Made by a program: the position numbers and the translations under genes. Shown one piece after another: positions 1 through 14,735 of a DNA stretch of 64,000 nt. The stretch spans positions 124,001-188,000 of the forward strand of contig JAQGDQ010002387.1 of assembly GCA_030141605.1 (NCBI GenBank), read 5' to 3'. Origin of the DNA: Tubiluchus corallicola (Eukaryota; Animalia; Priapulida). The notes beneath the pieces are model-generated. The model did no database searches, was not told the DNA's origin, and saw only the letters and a list, made by a program, of their open reading frames with translations. Every line of letters starts with the position of its first letter. Within the stretch, counting starts at the first letter, position 1.

Positions 1-3000
1 GAGGGTAATGATAGATGTTTAGTAAAATAACACAATTCACAGTTCTTTCTAACAGAGTTCCTCCTCAAAAGAGTACAAGATGGTATTGCTAAATGCTGTA
101 GTGAATGCATGAATGCCAAACGAAACACTTTGTTTTGCAAAAACTGAACTTTGCGAATATTTTAAAGCAGAAATTAGCGGAAATTAAAAAAATGAAATTA
201 TAAGTTTACTTTTATATTCTTTGAAGCCCTTGAACTTGCAAATTTTATTCCTGGGAAGTGTTACTAAAGATGATAATGACTACGTGACAGTGACAGTGTG
301 ACACTTTTAGATTCTATTTTAAGTTTGTCATTATGTGCAGTTTGAAGAAAATTGAGAAATTTCTTACTTGGTAAACAGTCTTCAGGTGATACGTATCAGC
401 CATAATGATCACCTTCTGATGAGTATTCAAAATATATGTCAGAATGAGAACTACCTACTGTCAGGTTAAAATATTCAAATTTTTCACATCAGTTAAAATT
501 AACCTTCACTGGTTAACTTGTGGGTGGGGTATTAGAAACAAGAAAGCATCCTTAGATTCCTGATTCATAGAAAGTAAAGAAAGGTGATTTCTGAAGGAAG
601 ATTCTTTTAGAGGTTGGTACATTATAACAACATGTGTAGGGCAGACTTATGAGAGTGTCAAAAATATTATACACAGACTTTGAGGCCTTAGCCTTCAGCC
701 AGTCTAGCTTGTAGGTGAATTTACCCCTAGACGAAAACCTCAAACTGCTCGGTTAGCTGAAGAACTTAGGCCTCGTTTAAATGCAAGAAATAGTTTTATT
801 ATGTGTTACTGGATAAAGACTTGAAAGGGGTTATGACATGTGGCGACTTCAGTAATGAATGTTATATTAATTATAAAAAAACAGAATCTTGATGTATGAA
901 CAGAATTGAAAGATGTTTATGAAATTTTAGCAAGATCTAGAAAGTTTTATTAAATTGTAAGGGCTTTTTATAGTTATTAAGTAATTTGCAGCTAATAAAT
1001 TTGTGTCTAACAGTGGTAATTTTTGTTAGGAGTTGGACATACCAATCAGTAAAGCCAGTTTCTTGAAAAGTAATAGACATACTAACATAGCCACTCGCTT
1101 CTAAAACTATATATTATGTGTAAAGCTTCAATAGATATTATCACACCACTTTCAATTTCGGCTCTCTAAATGTACTTGGAGATAAAATTTTTTATCTCTA
1201 CCACGCGCTACCAAAATCTCAGCTTTTGCCAAAAAAAAAAACAAACACTGCTGTGCCAAGTAGATACTGTAACTGTGGCTGAAAAGTTTTTGATTAAATT
1301 TCTGATTAAAAAATAGGCACCCAGCTTGTGAAGCAATACGTATGCGTATATATATATATATTGTAACAAATTTTGTGTATATATACTGCTGTTGCTATTG
1401 CCGCTGCTGCCACCACTACTATTAGCATGACAACGTATGTATTACACATACAGTATGTATGCAATATATCTTTGAGTTGTGAAGATTTCACAAATTTATT
1501 TGTTTTCATTTGAAATTAACCAAAGTTCTCAAGAGGTCTTTATTAATTTTATCATTAAGTTTTTTGGAGAAAACCTGGGATGAAAACATGACAAAAACGA
1601 TGAATTTAAATAAATTGAAAAAATGACTAATACCTTTCTGCTGGTTGATTGGCATTGTATTACTTGCTTCTTATTTTGATCATTCTACTTGGTTTGTTGG
1701 TAATCATTTGAGGTCTGTCATATTCTAATAATAATTCTACCATCATACTGTTTAGGATGCTTTCTTGTGTACTTGATGAAACTGATAAGAATTTCCACAG
1801 GTGTTTAACTAGATGATTGATTTACACATAACAACAGCTTTGAGCCAAATTACAAAATTACCTTGTGAATAGTGGGTTTGGAAACATCTCCATGTCTATT
1901 AGGTTTTGCTATTTATGTCAGTTGTAGAATAGCTCTGCGTATCACTGGCTAGCCAAAAGGACTGTTGCTTCCTGGGTCGAAATGAAGTATTGCTTGTGAG
2001 TACCATTTATGTTAGTAAGAATTTGTTGTCTGAAACAGCATCCACAGCAGTCGCAGATCTATTCAATAACCTGCCTCGACATTGCACAATTTGATTGATA
2101 AGCACTTAGCAAGTATGAAGTACACACTTTTTGATTGTATTTTTTCTTTTTTGTCTTAAAATTGAATGTATTTTAAGTGAGTTCAAACTGGTAATGGTCT
2201 AATATACTGTTTGCTCTATAAAAACACATCTATAGCCACAATGTTTACTCATATTGTGTATGAAAAAACTATATGTGCAAACCCAAAATTATTCACCGAG
2301 CTTTCAGTTTTCATTATTCTGCTTAGTGATAGTGAAATTCTAGTGGATTCTCTATATTCCTTTTAGACTTTCAATTCCCTTATGAGGGATATTAAATGAG
2401 GGTGTTAAACCGTAAGATTTGTTTCATAATTTATTGCATGATTAAACAAAGCTTGATTGTTGTTTTTCTTCATTATTAGCAATAGATAATACAAAACTCG
2501 GTTAAGAGTTAATCTGGATTTAGTGCTCAATCGCTCGTAATAAATGTTATATTTATTGTCAGATGTGATCAAAAGTTGGTAATATAATTTTCAACTGTAG
2601 CTCAGGTTGCTAAGCCTTTCTTACATTTCCTAGTTGTGTAGCTATATAACCTAGTTTCGTTGTTGTCCGGTCATTGATTTTTTATATACAAGCATCAATA
2701 AAACTAACCTAGTCTGATCACTATCGATGTATCAATTATGGCCGTTCATAAATGCTGTAAAGGGCAATATCCTTTGTGCACGGGAGACATGATTGGGGGG
2801 TAATTACGCTCGTAGAAACAGCTGACATGGTGTTAGTGATCCCATAATTACCCGTTTGCATTCTTCACTGGGTAAAACATTGATAAGTTTAGGTGAACCT
2901 TGTTATTTTCGCCTTCCAATCTTAAGCTTGGACAAGCGGCGACATTTTGCAAAAAGTCTAAATTTGTTGTGTTAGAAGGCCATCAAAAACAAGAAATTTT

Positions 3001-3949
3001 GATGATCATATCTATATCTGCGCGTGAGATAGATTTCAGAATTTTGTTGTTTACTTACAAAGATTTCAAGTCCTCCTACAGTTACTTGTACAGTAGTTTG
3101 CGCTATATTGTGTTCATGTTACCGTTAATTTTGATTAACATTGGTTAAGTACTAAGTACAGATTTACCAAAACGCAGATGAGTGTCTCGGGGAGAGAGAA
3201 AAGATAGGTAATGAGCATGATAAAGGTGGGAGGGAGAGAGTGGGGACGGGTGATTTTGTAAAAATGTGCAGTTATTTCGTCGTAGTAGTTCAATGTCTAA
3301 TTGTTTTAATTAATTAAGGATCTTTCGTGTTTTTCTTCAGACGTTTTTCACATAAAATACAGTCCTTTATTAATCCTAGTACTAACCTTGTTGTTTCGGG
3401 CAGTTTATGTAAAAAATGGACATCTAGCTGGAGGCTTTGTTAATTATTTTCTCTTTTGTCTTGTTTATTCTGACAGTTAGTTTATAATTATTAGTCGCTT
3501 TTAACTGCTCTGTAATTAGTAATGTTGGGGATTGTATTTTAACTCAATATTGTTTACAAGTGGAGCTGTGTGTCCAATGCAAAACTGATGCGACTCATGT
3601 GGTACCTATCTGAGAGTACCACGACTTGCTGGAATTGGAGGTACTTTTGTTGGTTGGGTTGTTGAAACGTGCATTTCATTGCTTTTTTGGTCTAAGTTTC
3701 ACGTTTTGCATACATCTGCTAAACTTGTAAGTACCAAAAGTGTGATAGACTTTTTAATAGAGTAATGTTGGTGACTTTTAATGGTGTATCGAGGTCAAAG
3801 GTCATTTGTGAATTTAAAACTGTGGGGTATTAGGCCACCAAAAGTTGAGTAGCTTTAGTGCTACAGAGAAGACAGATTATACTGTATACTTTATGATCTT
3901 GAATAGCTTGTTTGAGTTAAGTCAGTTAAATGCCGAATGAACACAAATC

Positions 3950-4540
3950 AGACTTTTTCATCCACAGGATCAGCCAAAGCCACAGTACTAGGGTTAGGTC
4001 CGCTGTGTGGTGTGATTCAAGACCATCTTGCTTTTGTGCGATATCTATCTATGAAAATACCTCGGCATTACCTTTCATTTGATGTATTACAAGCTACTAT
4101 TCAACAGAATGTGTGAGCATTTTGTCTGTTTGGCTCCTCAATTTCACTCCTAGCGATGTTCTGTGTCAACCAATCTGGTCGCAGCTCATATTATTGAATC
4201 CATGGCATGATTGTCATTGAGGCCTTTCATTTGATACATTACGACCTACTGTTTTCCCGCACTCAGCCGTTCACTAGATTTCAACCTCCTAGCCACATAA
4301 CCAAAAATTGTAAGAGGAGACCCAGCCTAAAGAGATTATAGGAAACCCACTGCGTGACCTTTGACCCAGGTGACTGGTCATATACAGACATAAATCCCCC
4401 TGTCTGGCGATTGCGCTCTGAGAGCTTCGTGAGCCTTGCCCTCTATGTTTGCGAGTTATTAAAAGAAACACAAAGGCCGAAGAGTAAATAAGCAAAAAAC
4501 GTGGTAGGCCGAAGAGTAGATAAGCAAAAAAACGGGGTAA
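3950..4540 (+). repeat. Interspersed non-autonomous repeat (TGACCTTTGACC family) ending in a 32-bp tandem duplication
   Basis: Shares tttcatttgat..ta and tgacctttgacccag..ggtca with 11340-12145; 2 x 32 bp (aggccgaagagtaRataagcaaaaaacgKggt) at 4474-4537. Boundaries approximate. Confidence 0.5.
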
Positions 4541-5046
4541 GTCAACAAATTAAAGTACTTTAAGTAATGCATGATATCACAAGCTGAAGTGTTTCACCTG
4601 AGATTCCTGCAATATCCCTTTCATCATGCCGTCTAACTAATTGCAGCTTTAATTATTAACATTGCAATGGGAAACTCATTAATTAGTAATCAAGGTTTGT
4701 TAACTGAACAACGCCTAATTGATGTGCAATTGCTAAACAATTGTTGTGTTGCTCACACCTACGAGGGTTATTAATTACGTGACAGGCTTTAGGTTGAGAG
4801 AGAGGCTATGTATCTAGCCCTGAGAAACCATAATAGATTATTAGCTCAACGTTCGGCGCGAGGTAGGCTTTTATAGTGGTTATCTTTGATTAATATTTCT
4901 GGCTTAGTACTAGCGGTTTACTGTGTTTTCACTTCGCGTTGATTTATTTTCAGTGAATAAAATTCCAGACCATCCAGCTGATTAGTTATTGCCGGTTTTA
5001 ATAATGTTTAAACCTTCTAATGACTACCACATAAATTAAAACTTAA

Positions 5047-5623
5047 AGGAAAGCCAGAACTCATCTTAAACTATAGCTCAAAACAATCTACCCTATAATA
5101 ATAATATTGAAAGGAAACATACTATTTCTTTCAATACTGATTTACGCAAAAGAATTATTACTACAGAAACGTAATTTCGCATTCGCGCTGTTAGTTCTTC
5201 GTTGTTACTGCTGTTACATGCATTTCGCAATTCGCTAATTACATCGGAAGAGCGCCTCTCAGTTCAAATGTGTTCAATTTTGACGTAGTGCAGACGTCCG
5301 AGAGCTACTGGCAAACTAGAAATTTGAATTTAAAACTTAAAATTTGCTGAGTTTTTGTGTATCACGCTGAATGTTGTACAGTAACACTGTACTTCAATTT
5401 TCGCTTTCGCAAACAGGTGCACCACGCTCGTGAAATGTTTTTGTGCTGTTGAAAATTATGTTCAGTTGTGATGTCATCACTAGTTAGGCTCGCTTGTCGT
5501 TAATTAGGTTATAGTCTATTATTTAAGTACCAGAAATACTTTGGTAGTGCTATAGGTCTTAAAATGTGTACTTTTACCGTACCTCAAAATGGGGTAGGAT
5601 ATATAAATTCACACAGTTTTTCT
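5047..5623. mobile_element. Non-autonomous TTAA-flanked element (Kolobok-like), with partial copies downstream of RAB23
   Basis: ttaa-AGGAAAGCC...GTTTTTCT-ttaa; the right half (from ~5373) aligns by eye with 27570-27824 (ttatgttca.ttgtgatgtcatcactagtt.ggctcg) and more weakly with 27933-28215. Confidence 0.6.
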
Positions 5624-8600
5624 TTAAATGTAAACTTTTGTGGACCATTTGTGGTATTGGACTCTGGTTTTTTTATTTATCTATGCGTTTTCAAATCATG
5701 CAGTAATTTTTCTCAAATCGAGTTGTACCGATTTTGAACTCATTGCCTGCATATGTTGATCGTAACTGCACAAAATATTAAGTTATTTAAAAGCCGCTTA
5801 TATAAATTTAAATAAATAAAGTTACCTTACATAAATTCCTTGTCCTCAATAGACACATGCTAGCAGTTAATCTCTTTGTGTCTTTACCACACTCTTGTAA
5901 ATATTTTATTTGTATGTTTTTCCAACGTGTTTTATATATATTGTTTTTATTATAGACTGTATTTTACTATTGGGTGTGAATAAAATAAAATAAATAAATA
6001 AGATACCAAACGCAGAGGTCGGTTAGCTGTCTGTAGGTTCTGAGCTACGTCTCTTTATTTTGATACTTTCTAAATCTGTGTATTCAATATGCTTGCGGCT
6101 ACAACGTTTTGCTACAAGTATGCATTCACCCGCTTTATGTTCTGCCGTTTCTACTCGTCCTTGTACGGAAACGGTTGTTCACATTGAAATAGAATCACCA
6201 AAGTTGTATATGAAATTAAGCTTCTCTTGTACATTAAAAACTGAAATTTTTCTACAGCACTATCTTCTTGTGACTTTGCATGATTTTCTGCGTTTTGGAT
6301 CGACCTCTTTTACGATGTCCTTTGCATTATTTGTAGGCGCGCTACGTCAGTAGAAGTTTGAGGAAAGTAGTTGAGAACCGTGATTATTTAGAATGTATAG
6401 TAACCACACATGTTACACTGACACACAGCCGTAGTTCATTGTATTGTTTTCTCAGTAGCAGTTGCTCAAATTTTCATGTTAAACCAGGAGTCTCACCTGC
6501 ATGGTTTTAGGAACGTAATGATCTTAAGTGTGTAAGATTTTCTTATTAATTGTAAATATTTACTTGAAATTTTATTTGTTTCTTCCTCTGAGTAGATGAG
6601 TGAATTGCAATAAATTTATTTAATTTATTGTGTGTAGATGTTTGGTTTATAGGTCCTAGATATTTTAGTGTTTTGCCGTAACCGTAATATAGGCCGCTTA
6701 GCGGTGAAGGCCTACACTAACAGGTGTGAATTGTCGTTATTATAAACAAAGGATTCGCCACTGTCAACGAGACGTAAATATTGTCTTGTTTACCACATTG
6801 CTCACGTATCTACAAAGTACAAATACTAGCGAAAGAGCGCTTGATTTGTTGTTTCTAATTTACCTGCGTCCTGCAGCAAAGACTGGCTCACAGGTTTGAG
6901 AATGTTTATTCAGATTATTTCCTTAGCTTATTGGCTGATATGTATTATCAAGCTCAAAATTGAATGGTATACATAATAAGCTTATAAATTTAATTGCAAT
7001 CGTCCATTTATAATAATTAATAGGTTGCTTGATGAGTGAAACTCAATGGTAAATGAAAAGCAACAGACCTGCGCTTTTTTACTGTACAATCACCGTCTTC
7101 TTTTAAGTGAGAATTTCGCCAGTTTCCGCTTGATTTCTTCAGTTTTGTTTTCATCTTTAAGCCATTCGGTTTACTTTTGAACAAAATAAAGGGGTTAACC
7201 CTGCGTTTGTTTGCTTTTCCCATGTTTACATTATTGTGCAGTGTTTACTTTTCGCTCATCTCATTACCGCTATCTCTGTAAAACTTTTTCAATTTTTCAT
7301 ATCGTCCGTACAGTCATTGTAACCATGTGAAGTGAATTAAACTTGAACGTGTACAATGAAACTGAAAATTTCTGAACATTTGAACCGTCCCTTGAGTTTA
7401 TTCTGTGCTGCTGTGAAGCATATTCTGTTGATGATGGCAGAAGGTGCCTAGAAACAACAAGATTTTTTTAAAAAAATTAAACATTGGCAATGGTTTATCC
7501 TGATACTTCATTAATCCGGCGTTACATTTTTAATCCCGCCTGATTGTTTCATATTATGTTCTGTTCGAATAATTGCTCTTTGGAGAACTTGTGTCATATG
7601 GGGACAGTCGACTTGCTGTGTCAGCGTAAAACCGAAAGTAACAAAATATTTTCCATGAACCAATCATTTCAAACAAAAACAAGTTTTATGACTTATCACC
7701 AAAACGCCAACACATTTGTTAACGTGCTCACTTGGATGATTCCTTGCTCAGTCTGATCCAGTGTTTGTTCCTCTTAATCTTAGCAATTTGTAAGCATCCA
7801 TTCTGCTAAAAATTCTAACTGAGGTTCGAACAAACTGAGGGGTAATCTCCGGTAATTTCAAGTCTGTAAGTTGTCGCAGCCGGTATATGTTGTTATAAAA
7901 ATTGAATGATATTAGAGACAGGTTAAGAGAAAAGAATTCACGAGCTCTTCTAATACTTTGGTTCTCCTCAAGCATCAAAGAATTTTCTTTAGTTTTGAGC
8001 AAAAACTAAAACCATGGCCAATTTTATCAATACTTTACATCGCATGCGTGAGCATTTTTGATAAGTTAGTGATTAGAAACCAGTGGCAGTTGTGCGCAGT
8101 TTTTGTATTCATTTACTCAAAGCATATCGGAGCGCTTGAAGCGCCATTATTAATGAATATTGATGCTGTAAGTTAACATGATTGTTTCGTATGAAAGGTC
8201 CAGGTGCTACTTGGAGTAAGCCAAGGTCATTTTTCTTACAATCTTGACAAGATCATAAGATGGGCACATTTACTTTGACGCCTAATAAAACTCATTCTAT
8301 ATTTGTCTGAGAAATTTTACTATCCTTTCATTCTTTTCGCTTTTCATTCCTGGTCTAGGCCTTGGATAAACTTATTGTGAAAATGCAGTTAAACTCTTGC
8401 TAAAAGATTAAAAAATTCTTTTGCAAAACGTCTCTTGTATCTATTGCACATCAGAAACGATTCTGTTAAACTCAAACCATGTCGAATTGACGATGTTTAA
8501 TATTTTATTCTGTGGTATTTGTAAAGTTTTCGAATGCTCCTTTATGATGGCTGCTAGCTTGCATTTTGCTGAAAAGTGTTTTAATTTGACATAAATTTTC

Positions 8601-11339
8601 ACGGACATGAGTCTTGTGTGTGAGTCTTTGAGCCAGTGAATAACTCGGTGAGTCAGTCGGCAAGTGAACATAAAACTGCAAGGGCTCACATTAACAGCAA
8701 ACACTAGGTCCTTATGGTCCAGCATCACCTTATCTGTGTGTCTCAAAAGTAATGTGTACAAGTGAGTAATTAGCACCGATTAACTCACTGAGCATTAATC
8801 TAAAAAGTGAGTAACTCAGTGAGTCAATCAGTTAGTGGACACAAAACTTCAAGAGGCTCACTACACTAATGTAAACGGGTGAGTGGCTCAGTGAGTCAGT
8901 TTCTTTGTGGCATCATAAAAGCCATGAAATTCATTCTAAATTGAATGTTCAGCAAGAGGTTCACAACACGTCTCCTTTATCGAGCGGTCGTTTCTTGTAA
9001 ATAATGGACTTTACATATACTGATTAACAATGAAGGTTTTTACAAGATTTAGTGTTGGCTTTACTAAGTAAGTTCTAGCAGGAGACTGGTTTATTGTTTC
9101 AAACCCTGTTCATTACCGTGTTGGCCAACATGCTGCTGTTGAAAAGATGAAAACGGTCAACCTTTCAACCGAATCAAGTTAGGGAATTCTCTTTGATGAT
9201 CTGCAATGCAACAGTTGACCTCGTGGTACAGTGAAATTATTACGAAGAGAAACATAAGGCAAAGCGTAAATATTTTAATATTCTTCATGTGATCTTTTTG
9301 ACTTTTCTCTCATTTTTCTGCACCTGTAATCACTCCACACCTGTCTATAGGTAACACTAGCTGAAAGACATCAACCAAGAACAAATTGAATTGCTTTATC
9401 AAATACTTGTTGAAAGTCAAGAGGTGTTTGATTCAAAGATTTTCTATAGACGTTAAAGAATGAGTTTTCCTTGAGACGGTATTACAGTTCATTCAAAGTA
9501 AAATCCACAGTTGAACATTACTAGGTGTTATTCAAAGTTTAATTGATCGATAACTCTAGATTCTAAAGATTCTTACAGCTTGTAAACGCCTATTGCTTAT
9601 AATCATATGTAAAACAAGGTGTGGCACAAAAACTAATCACACCCCTCCAATCATATCCACCCTTGTTTTGCGGGTGCACAGATGTGCCACCAGCTGTGGT
9701 CGATAATGAAGATGGACTGATAAATCTGGTGCTCAAAAATAGATGATTTGATGGATAAGAGAATGTCAAACTAGATTAAATTGGACACGCAACAAGTCAG
9801 AGTTTTTAGATTTGTGCACTTGCAGTATATAAAAACTGAGCAACTGGTGTTTCTTTCAACAAGTTATGTTTTGCTATATTACAGAATTATGTTTATTTTA
9901 TTCTTAGCGTTTATTGATCTGATATGTTTATTTTGCAGATGCTAAAACTGTGCACAGCATTACTAAGTTTTAACTGCTAGGTGGATTTATTTGTTATTTT
10001 CTTTCCGTAATTGCAAAATATTTTTCGAATTTTTGATGTTATTTTATTCTGCAGTATAAAAATAAGATAAACTGCTATTTCTTTGATGTTTTCTACCAGT
10101 CTGGCTTGTCGGAATTAAGAAAAAGTTATGTAATATGGCAAAATAAGACGTGATTTATTTCGTAATATTCCAGTTTTTCTAAAAAAAAAGTTAATTATAA
10201 CAATGTGGTTGAATTATCCGAGCAATTTTTATAGAATTCAGCATTAGCATACACGTTTTACATCTTTTTATGGCAGAAAGCTGGTGTATGTTACCTGATT
10301 TTAACATTCTCTTATGTAATATCTATGCGCATCTATGAAATACGTTGTTATTTTTGTACGTTTAATGGAAACTTTGGCATTATACGTAAATACCAGTTAT
10401 AAAATAAAGTTTACGTGTTTCCAGGGCGAGCACGATCTTTGTTTTGAACATGTTTTTCCAAAGTTTGTTTCGGGTCGTCCAATGACTACATTTACAAGAT
10501 TTAGAACACGAATTTTTTAATGAGTTATTCTTTGTCCCTTTGTATCAACGTGGCTACAAAGCTGCATATGTTCTTTGGTTTCCACATGTCATTAGAATAA
10601 TGTGCTCTTCGCCCTTGCCACGTATTGGGCTGAATTTCGTCAATTGCTGTCAACATTTTTATCTTCGCCATCTGACTTTTTTCTCCTAACTTTAGAGTTG
10701 TAGAGTTATTTTCACATCTGATTGAAACTGTATAGTAAGAGTTGCTGTGATTCGTCTAAACGTTTTTATAAACGACTGCACAGTCAAAGCATCACATCAT
10801 TTTTGTATACAGTTATTTTTTTGCTAACTTTTCATCTTATCATGCGTGCTACTGCATGTCTACTCGTGTGCATTACCTGTGAAAGCTTTTCATTTTACTC
10901 CTTGATAATGTACAGATAGCCATGCACCTGGTTACACACCTGTCCCACAGGATTTTGAATGGCAGACCACCTCTGTCTGGTTTGACTATAAGAATAATGT
11001 GCCACTCTGACACTATTGCAAGCTTTTGAGTATTTAGGTTCAAGACTTTCTTATGCTGATATTCAGAATGTTTTTTACACAGTATTAAATTGAGGTTATT
11101 CTAAATCGTATGTGTTTTACATTGTTAGATTATTAAATCTATATATTTATAATCATAAAATTTAGATTTCAAACTAGTTGACAATGTTTCTGATGTGGTC
11201 AGAAACTGAAGATTTTGCAAACAATACAGTCAGTAGTTACAGAATTGGGCATTGAAAAGACACCAGCCTCTTCTTTTAAAGTTCTAACATTATTTTATTG
11301 AATTCAGTTTGCTTGAATGCATAGGAACTGCACTTCATA

Positions 11340-12145
11340 ATGAAATGGCAACTTGTAACATTTTAACCTGTGACCCAGGAGTCAGAGGTCCACCAATTTT
11401 GGCATAACTGATACCATTCAGTTTATCTCTTTGAGACATTTCATTTGATATACTACATCATACTATTCCTAGACACCCAATGTATTCCTGTTCCTGACCC
11501 CCATTTTTCAGTTTTTGCCTCCTAGCGGAAAATTTCCCATCCCTCTAAGTGCCCCATATTCTGCCATACCCAGGAACTTGGCAACACCTAACCATATACC
11601 AGATATTATGGCCCCAGCTCAAAAACTGTCGGAGAAGATAGATCCTAAAGAAAAATAAATGAAGACCCACCCGCTCCATGACCTTTGACCCAGCAACTCC
11701 GGTCACATGTATACATAGTTCCCTTTGCCCAGAGAGTGTACCCTGTGAATTTGGTGTTCCTGCCCCTAAGCATGTAAAAGGACACCAAATGGCAGCCCCA
11801 AATTTTGCATTGTGGCCCTTCCCTCGGGCGTTTATAGCTTGTCAGCTTTTTGAAACCCCAGTTCCATATCTACCCCACAGTACCCAAATACTTGTGAAAA
11901 AGAATTGCAAAAAACCGAAAGCCCTAAGAGGAATTATGTCTTAAAGGAAAAACTGACCGATGCCTACTGCCCTTTCCCCTTGACCAAAGGTCAGTGGTTC
12001 CCTGCCCAGAGCTACCAAACCTGTGAGTTTGGTGACCCTATCTAACAAAGGTTTAAGAGTTGTTAAGCATTTAAGTTGCAGAGAATAAATAAGAATAAAT
12101 AACTCAATGAAAATCAGTAAGATTTTGCTATAGCTAAATCTTAAT
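11340..12145 (+). repeat. Interspersed non-autonomous repeat with 3' hairpin (Helitron/Helentron-associated type)
   Basis: GC-richer island with tgacctttgacc motifs, a gaataaataa repeat and terminal hairpin taagattttgc-tata-gctaaatctta (12118-12143). Classification is inferred. Confidence 0.5.
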
Positions 12146-12364
12146 AATTATCAGGAACCAATAAAAGCTCAAAATTGATTACAAAAAATAATTAGTTATT
12201 TTTTAAATTATTTATTATTATTTATATAATTTAAAAATAACTAGTCCAGCAAAACTAATACTTACGAAAGTTGGATTGACTGGTGAGCTATTAACAAGTT
12301 TAAGGCGCACCTTGATCACAAGTTAATCATCTTGATCACAAGTTGATCACCTTAATCACAAGTC

Positions 12365-12430
12365 TAGATGTTCTAATGGTCACTGCATTCGACTTATAAT
12401 CTGAAGGTCCCTGTTTCAATCCTGACTATT
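12365..12430 (+). repeat. Degenerate tRNA-derived SINE head, after a short ~21-bp tandem repeat (12308-12362)
   Basis: A-box-like tgttctaatgg and B-box-like gtttcaatcc at tRNA spacing; stems do not pair well. Confidence 0.4.
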
Positions 12431-14484
12431 TTGCATTACCTTTCGGATAAGTTTGTTTTCAAAAATGTAATAAAGCTGTATAGGTTCATTTTATCATTGT
12501 GGATTCTCGTATACTGACACAGTTTGCAGTTTTATGTGCATAGTGTGCGCTAAACATTTTACATAGACGCTCAAATAAATTTGATTTATCCACCTATTAA
12601 AGAAAATTAACGAACTAAGTAACAGCACTGTCTCTTAGTTTCTTTAAAGTTTTTAAATCATTGATTTCTATGTAGTGCAATAGTTCAGTTACAAAGCATC
12701 TTTCCCTGACTGACTATATTTTTTATTACCACTTTTACTCCAATTTGTCTGTTTCTGTACTTCTTTACAGAACAGGAACGTCTTTGTTAATTTTTCTTCT
12801 CCAGTTTTCTTATTGGTTTTTCTTCCGTCTGAAATCGAGTTTGTGTATTTGTCTATTCATTGCCTTCCTCGGGCGGATGAATACAATCACTGTCCATCTC
12901 ATAACAACCGAACTTATTGTCTAGGGAAGACTTATCTGGTCTTAATAAAACTTGATCATTTTTGTAAACATTCGATGTGTTTAGACTTGTAGAACACACA
13001 ATCTTTACCAGAACCTAAGAACTGCACTTAGCTGTGCGCTATTAATTATTGTTTCTGTGAAGTAGCTGATATATTTGAAATACCATGGTACTACTAATAG
13101 ACCTGTTAACATAAAAGTACATCAATAATCACTCTGCTATGGAGCCTGTAAAAGGTCGATCAGGAAAATGTGTTAATAATAATTGCCATTATTGTACATA
13201 ATTGTTGTAGATATTACAGGTTTATTGTTAAAAGAGTGAGTCTTCTGGTATCTCCAATGAGAAAACTTAAACAGATAATTAAGGTATCTGGTTCAATGAT
13301 AATTAGATAAACATTGCTCTGCTATGAGAATAAATCCAATTTGTTGAAGTATAATAAGAAACTGTCAAGTGTTATTAATGGTGTGACTAGTCAGTTGAAG
13401 TAGGACTTTTCTTGTACGAATCAACGTTAAAAACTTTTAAAAGGGATTGTGCGTAGTCATATAAGAGAATCTCAGACCTTTTGCTTACTTTTTAAAAATA
13501 TAGCTTCCTTACTATTTTCCAGGAAATTGCAGTCTGGTGAAGCAAAAAGCTCCGCTTTTGATTGTCGATCTTGATTGGCACCACGCACTTGAAAAATCAT
13601 CATTCAATTTAAGACAGCCACCCACATTGTTAAAACGGGTCACTAAACATGAAGGGTACAAGAGTTTATTTTTACTTTTAATCACCTGTTTTCCAGTTTG
13701 TAATAAGCACTACACTGAAACCTGCAATAGAATTAAAACGTTTATTAGGTGACAGTGCAGAAAAAAATTCATGGAAGGTTAGTATTTATCTACAAAACAA
13801 TTTACCTGGTAGCTGTATATCCTGATTAAACCCGCGTTTACAGTTAATTCGTCGTGTGAGAATTCCTTAAAGCTAAAATTTATATTTGTATCGTCTATAT
13901 GTAGCTTTATATCCAGAAATAAAAAGTAATGGAATGAGGAATTTTACACAAATACTTGTATCTAGAATGCTAGAGGGTTTCATTATCTACTCAAATAAAA
14001 TATTAATTAAATTTATAGCGTTTCATCATAGAGGATTATCCTCGATAATGAACTGTGTTACAGTCCTTCCACAACCATCTTTTAAATAGGTCTTTCCTTT
14101 AATTCTGGATCCCGGCATGCATAAAAAGGTACACTTAACTGTTTGCCATTGTACAAATTAGTAAATTACAGTCACATTAGAATTAAATTGACAATGTTAA
14201 GAGACTTGGGAAGTCTTCCCTATTGCATTACATTGCCGTTAGCGCGTTTAGATTGACACTGGATAAGTGCACGTTTAATGAGTTCACATTCTTTGACCAG
14301 TTTCTAAAGGAGGACCACCTTGCATGAAAACCCACTCCGTCATCATCTTTGCGTCTCCTGCCGCCCACAGTTCTACATTCCTGCATGAAACGTGTGATAA
14401 TAAATTACCTCTCAGCACATCACGTATAGTTGTTGCAGTAAAGATATAAATTTTATAGTTTTAATAACAATGACAACATCATGT

Positions 14485-14735
14485 TACATCAGCAACAACA
14501 ACAACAATCTTTATGCATTTATTTCAACAGATAACATGTCTGTTACACTTAAGGCTTTTATCACTCACACACAGAAAATAAAACCTTATTAACCCTTACT
14601 AATCCTTTTATGCTTATTAACATACACTAGACAGGGCAACAGCAAGTATAACTTTTAAAATTCGTTGATTTGATTAGCTGCAGTATCGAACCCACAACCT
14701 TCCAGCTGGAAAACATGCACATTTCTACTAGATTT
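14485..14735 (-). repeat. Probable tRNA-derived SINE
   Basis: Minus strand has B box gggttcgatac near 14683-14693 and ends aataaatgcataaagat(tgt)n. Confidence 0.45.

Noticed and set aside
12365-12430. Functional tRNA gene
   Set aside because: A and B boxes are degenerate and the acceptor stem does not pair; better explained as a SINE head.
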